Source: Azolla caroliniana
Taxonomy: Eukaryota; Plantae; Polypodiophyta
Direction: 5' to 3'
Assembly: GCA_043228905.1 (NCBI GenBank)
Contig: JBHGNT010000006.1
Span: forward strand, 16,244,001-16,308,000
DNA: 64,000 nt
The notes below the pieces were generated by a model. It did no database searches and was not told the origin of the DNA. It worked only from the letters and a program-made list of their open reading frames with translations. Shown piece by piece: positions 61,099 to 64,000 of the stretch (position 1 is its first letter; every line of letters starts with the position of its first letter). The translations under genes and the position numbers were made by a program.

Positions 61099-64000
61099 TT
61101 CTGCGCGTAGCCCTTTGCCACTAACCGAGCCTTGTCCCGGTTGACCGAGCCATCGGTGTTGTACTTGACCTTGTACACCCACCTACACCCGATCAGTTTT
61201 ACCCCCCTTGGTGCGTCAACCAGGTCTCAGGTCTCGTTCTCCGCCAATGCATGCATCTCTTCCTCCATCGCGGCACGCCAATTCGCGTCTTCAGCTGCTT
61301 CTGCGTAGCTCTCTAGCTCACGCACTTCCGCCACACGGGTCATGTACGCATAATGATGCGCCATGTACTCGTTGTATCCGAACCGCAAAACAGGATTCTT
61401 CTGGCGGGTAGATCGGCGTAATCTCACATTAGCCGATGTCAAGGCCTTCTCGGTCGATGCGGACTTCACCTTTAAAGACCCGTCACCGGTTCCCTCGGAG
61501 TTGGACTCGCGTCGATCTGACTCGTCCCTATCCGTGCCAAAATCCGACACCTTCTTCTTCCCTTTCTCTTTGCGCGTAGGCCGTCTCCTCGGCTTCCTAC
61601 GCGGGGAATGCACGGTCGAGTCTCCACCACTCGCCGGCTCTTCATCAGACTGATCGTACCGACTCGGTCGTCCAATCGGACTCTCTTCGCGGGTCATGAT
61701 TTCGGGCTCATCCGGAGGCATCTCGGCCTCGCTGACCTCATCGTCAGAGCTCAGATTGGAGTCGGGGTTCGAAGTCAGGGGCTGGTACCAGGACGCGGAC
61801 TCATCAAACACAACGTAGCGGCTAACATGCGCTTGTTTGGTGCGAGGGTTATAGCACTTATAACCCTTCTGCTCGTCCGAGTAACCGACCATGATGCTTT
61901 TCTCGGCCTTTGCGTCCAGCTTCCTCCTTTTCTCCTTCGGTACATGCACATACGCAATGCTACCGAACACCCTCAAGTGTCGCAAGTTCGGCTTCGTTCC
62001 GAAGTATAGCTCGTGCGCCGACACTTTGTCTCCAATTCGGTTCTGGATGTATACCGCAATCCTTACCGCCTCGGCCCAGTAGAACTTGGGCAAACTCTTC
62101 TCCTCCAGCATTGCTCGTGCCGCTTCCACAACTGACCGATTCTTCCTCTCGGCCACACCGTTCTGCTCCGACGTGTATCTACAACTGAATTCGCGTTGAA
62201 TTCCCATTTGTTGTAGATAACCATTGAATTGACCGGAAAAGTACTCTTTCCTGCCATCCGACCGTAGGCACTTGATCTTTCGTCCCATTTCCGTTTCCAC
62301 GAACCCTTTGAGGTCCCAGAAACAGTCGAAGACTTCGCTCTTCCTCTCAATGAGGTAGATCCACGTGTGCCACGTGTGGTCGTCGATGAAGGAGACGAAA
62401 TATCGGCTCCCGCCAAGACTAACGTTTTGTGCCGGCCCCCATACATCAGAATGTATAAGGTCGAGCTTGTTCCGGCTCCGGTTTCGCTCGTTGGGGAAAG
62501 GAAGTCGGTGCTGCTTCCCGAGCTGGCAAGCTTCACAAATTTGTGCCTTTCGGCCACTAAATTTGGGCAATCCGAACACTACCTGTTTCGATTGCAGATC
62601 TTGAAGCCGCTGGTAGTTGACGTGGCCTATCCGCTTGTGCCACAAGTCGATGTCCGACTCGGATTTTTGTCCCTTCGTGAACATTGCGGTGCCGCCGTCA
62701 GTGGAGTCGAGGATGAATATCCTCCCGTCTCTGCGCCCTTGCGCAATCACACGGCCTTCTTCCTCAATGAAGCACCCGAGGTGTGTAAACCGAACCTCCA
62801 TCCCTTGGTCGACGATCTGTCCGACGGAGACCAAGTTTTTCATGATTGTCAAAACGTGCAGCACGTTCATGAGTTTCCCGTTCTGCCCGACATGGCTAAG
62901 GGGAACTTCTTTGACATTCACGATCGGATGCGGAGTGTCGTCTCCAATTGCGACTACTCCAGGTTGTATCGGTTTTTCAGGGTACGAGAACCACTCCTTA
63001 TGGCTCGTCATGTGGTTTGACGCGCCGGAGTCTACGTACCACACCTCATCCGATCTCGGGGTGGTCTGTTTCATTGAGTTTGCTTCGTGTCTCGTCACGA
63101 AGGCAGACCCTTCTCCGGCTCTCCTGGAGTCTTCGGCGTAGTGCGATCGCTGCTGATTTCCCTTGTCGGTATGTCCGGAGCTGTTTCCGGAACCGGTTCT
63201 CTCCGAATCGGCGCGCTTCTTCCAGCACTCACTTTCCATGTGGTCTTTCTTGCCACAGTACCAGCACTCCACGATGGCCTTCCCTTGCCGGTTCTCATCG
63301 CTTCGACTCCCCCTGTTTCCGGAGGGTCCAGAGTTGTTGTCGGCATCACTTCGGTGCCTTCTTCCTTGATCTCGTCGGTCGCCTCCATTGCGCGCCGACT
63401 CGCCTCGTCCTCCACGTCCACGAGGCCTATCTCCCTCCGTGTACAACATTCTGCTGTCGGTGTGCGTGCTTGTAGACACACCCGCGTGGTTCTCCTCTAC
63501 CAGGAGCATTGATTGTAAGTCGAAAAAGGACGGCGTATTCTCCCGGGTACACACAGCCGTTCGGAACGCTCCGAACTTCGAGGCCAAACCTTCGAGACAG
63601 ATCTGGACCATCTCGTTCTCCACGATGTTCACCTCTATGGAGGCGAGGGAGTCGCAGATATCCTTGATCTTCGAGGTATAGTCCGCCACCGACAAGTCGC
63701 GTTGTCGTAGGTTGCTCAACTCCTGTCGGAGCTGAAGCTTCCTGGTTGTGGTGCTCGTGGCGAAAATCTTCTTCAGATTTTCCCACGCACCCTTCGGCGT
63801 CTTTGCATCCCGAACATAGCTCAATAGTTGTTCGCCCACACACGACGCGAAGCAGTATAATACCCTGCTCGCCGATTGCTCCCACGACGGGAAGTCTCTG
63901 TGTATCGATTCGGGTGCCTCGTCATTAGCTCCTTCGACATAACTCCAGTAGCCATGCCCGAGCAGGTACTGGTGCATCTTGTAGGACCAAGACGCGTAGT
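61099..64000 (-). mobile_element. Copia I (gag-PR-INT and RT start; continues past the window)
   Basis: Fused to H gag without an LTR. Confidence 0.9.
61227..63977 (-). CDS. Copia I gag-protease-integrase ORF (916 aa), stopped by a TGG>TGA change at the start of RT
   Basis: CWYCGKKDH, WYVDSGASNH, WHKRIGH…CEAC, QNGVAERKN. Confidence 0.92.
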   Translation of the reverse strand: MHQYLLGHGYWSYVEGANDEAPESIHRDFPSWEQSASRVLYCFASCVGEQLLSYVRDAKTPKGAWENLKKIFATSTTTRKLQLRQELSNLRQRDLSVADYTSKIKDICDSLASIEVNIVENEMVQICLEGLASKFGAFRTAVCTRENTPSFFDLQSMLLVEENHAGVSTSTHTDSRMLYTEGDRPRGRGGRGESARNGGDRRDQGRRHRSDADNNSGPSGNRGSRSDENRQGKAIVECWYCGKKDHMESECWKKRADSERTGSGNSSGHTDKGNQQRSHYAEDSRRAGEGSAFVTRHEANSMKQTTPRSDEVWYVDSGASNHMTSHKEWFSYPEKPIQPGVVAIGDDTPHPIVNVKEVPLSHVGQNGKLMNVLHVLTIMKNLVSVGQIVDQGMEVRFTHLGCFIEEEGRVIAQGRRDGRIFILDSTDGGTAMFTKGQKSESDIDLWHKRIGHVNYQRLQDLQSKQVVFGLPKFSGRKAQICEACQLGKQHRLPFPNERNRSRNKLDLIHSDVWGPAQNVSLGGSRYFVSFIDDHTWHTWIYLIERKSEVFDCFWDLKGFVETEMGRKIKCLRSDGRKEYFSGQFNGYLQQMGIQREFSCRYTSEQNGVAERKNRSVVEAARAMLEEKSLPKFYWAEAVRIAVYIQNRIGDKVSAHELYFGTKPNLRHLRVFGSIAYVHVPKEKRRKLDAKAEKSIMVGYSDEQKGYKCYNPRTKQAHVSRYVVFDESASWYQPLTSNPDSNLSSDDEVSEAEMPPDEPEIMTREESPIGRPSRYDQSDEEPASGGDSTVHSPRRKPRRRPTRKEKGKKKVSDFGTDRDESDRRESNSEGTGDGSLKVKSASTEKALTSANVRLRRSTRQKNPVLRFGYNEYMAHHYAYMTRVAEVRELESYAEAAEDANWRAAMEEEMHALAENET

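Overview
No host gene, rRNA, true tRNA gene or CRISPR array is visible. The window is a deep nest of decayed plant LTR retrotransposons. The tRNA primer sites and protein motifs point to a land plant, probably a bryophyte or lycophyte; this is inference and was not checked. Matching LTR pairs and target-site duplications (TSDs) give the nesting directly. Gypsy G1 (-, <1..48589) is split in its RT by Copia A (+, 6980..43110, TSD ATCCT). A holds Gypsy B (-, 11596..42442, 4-bp TSD ACGC). B holds Gypsy C (-, 17451..35029, TSD TGTAT) and Copia E (-, 35363..41335, TSD ATTTT). C holds a four-LTR Tnt1/Tork-like Copia D (-, 23518..31219, TSD GATTA). G1 sits in Copia F, which sits in Copia G (only one flank of each is in the window). 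Further right are a solo LTR with a 4-bp TSD and Copias H and I. The best novelty candidates are: (1) element C has no polypurine tract (PPT), and in its place sits a bipartite, CCA-ending copy of the 3' half of a tRNA-Arg, suggesting tRNA priming of both strands; (2) G1 carries a second retropepsin-like domain in frame behind integrase, then a hairpin array and a long extra ORF; (3) B combines a tRNA-Trp primer site, a -1 slippery site after protease, a 4-bp TSD and a tRNA-like module in its LTR; (4) D carries a tandem LTR-PBS-mini-gag array. All tRNA and lineage assignments come from recalled sequences and need database confirmation.
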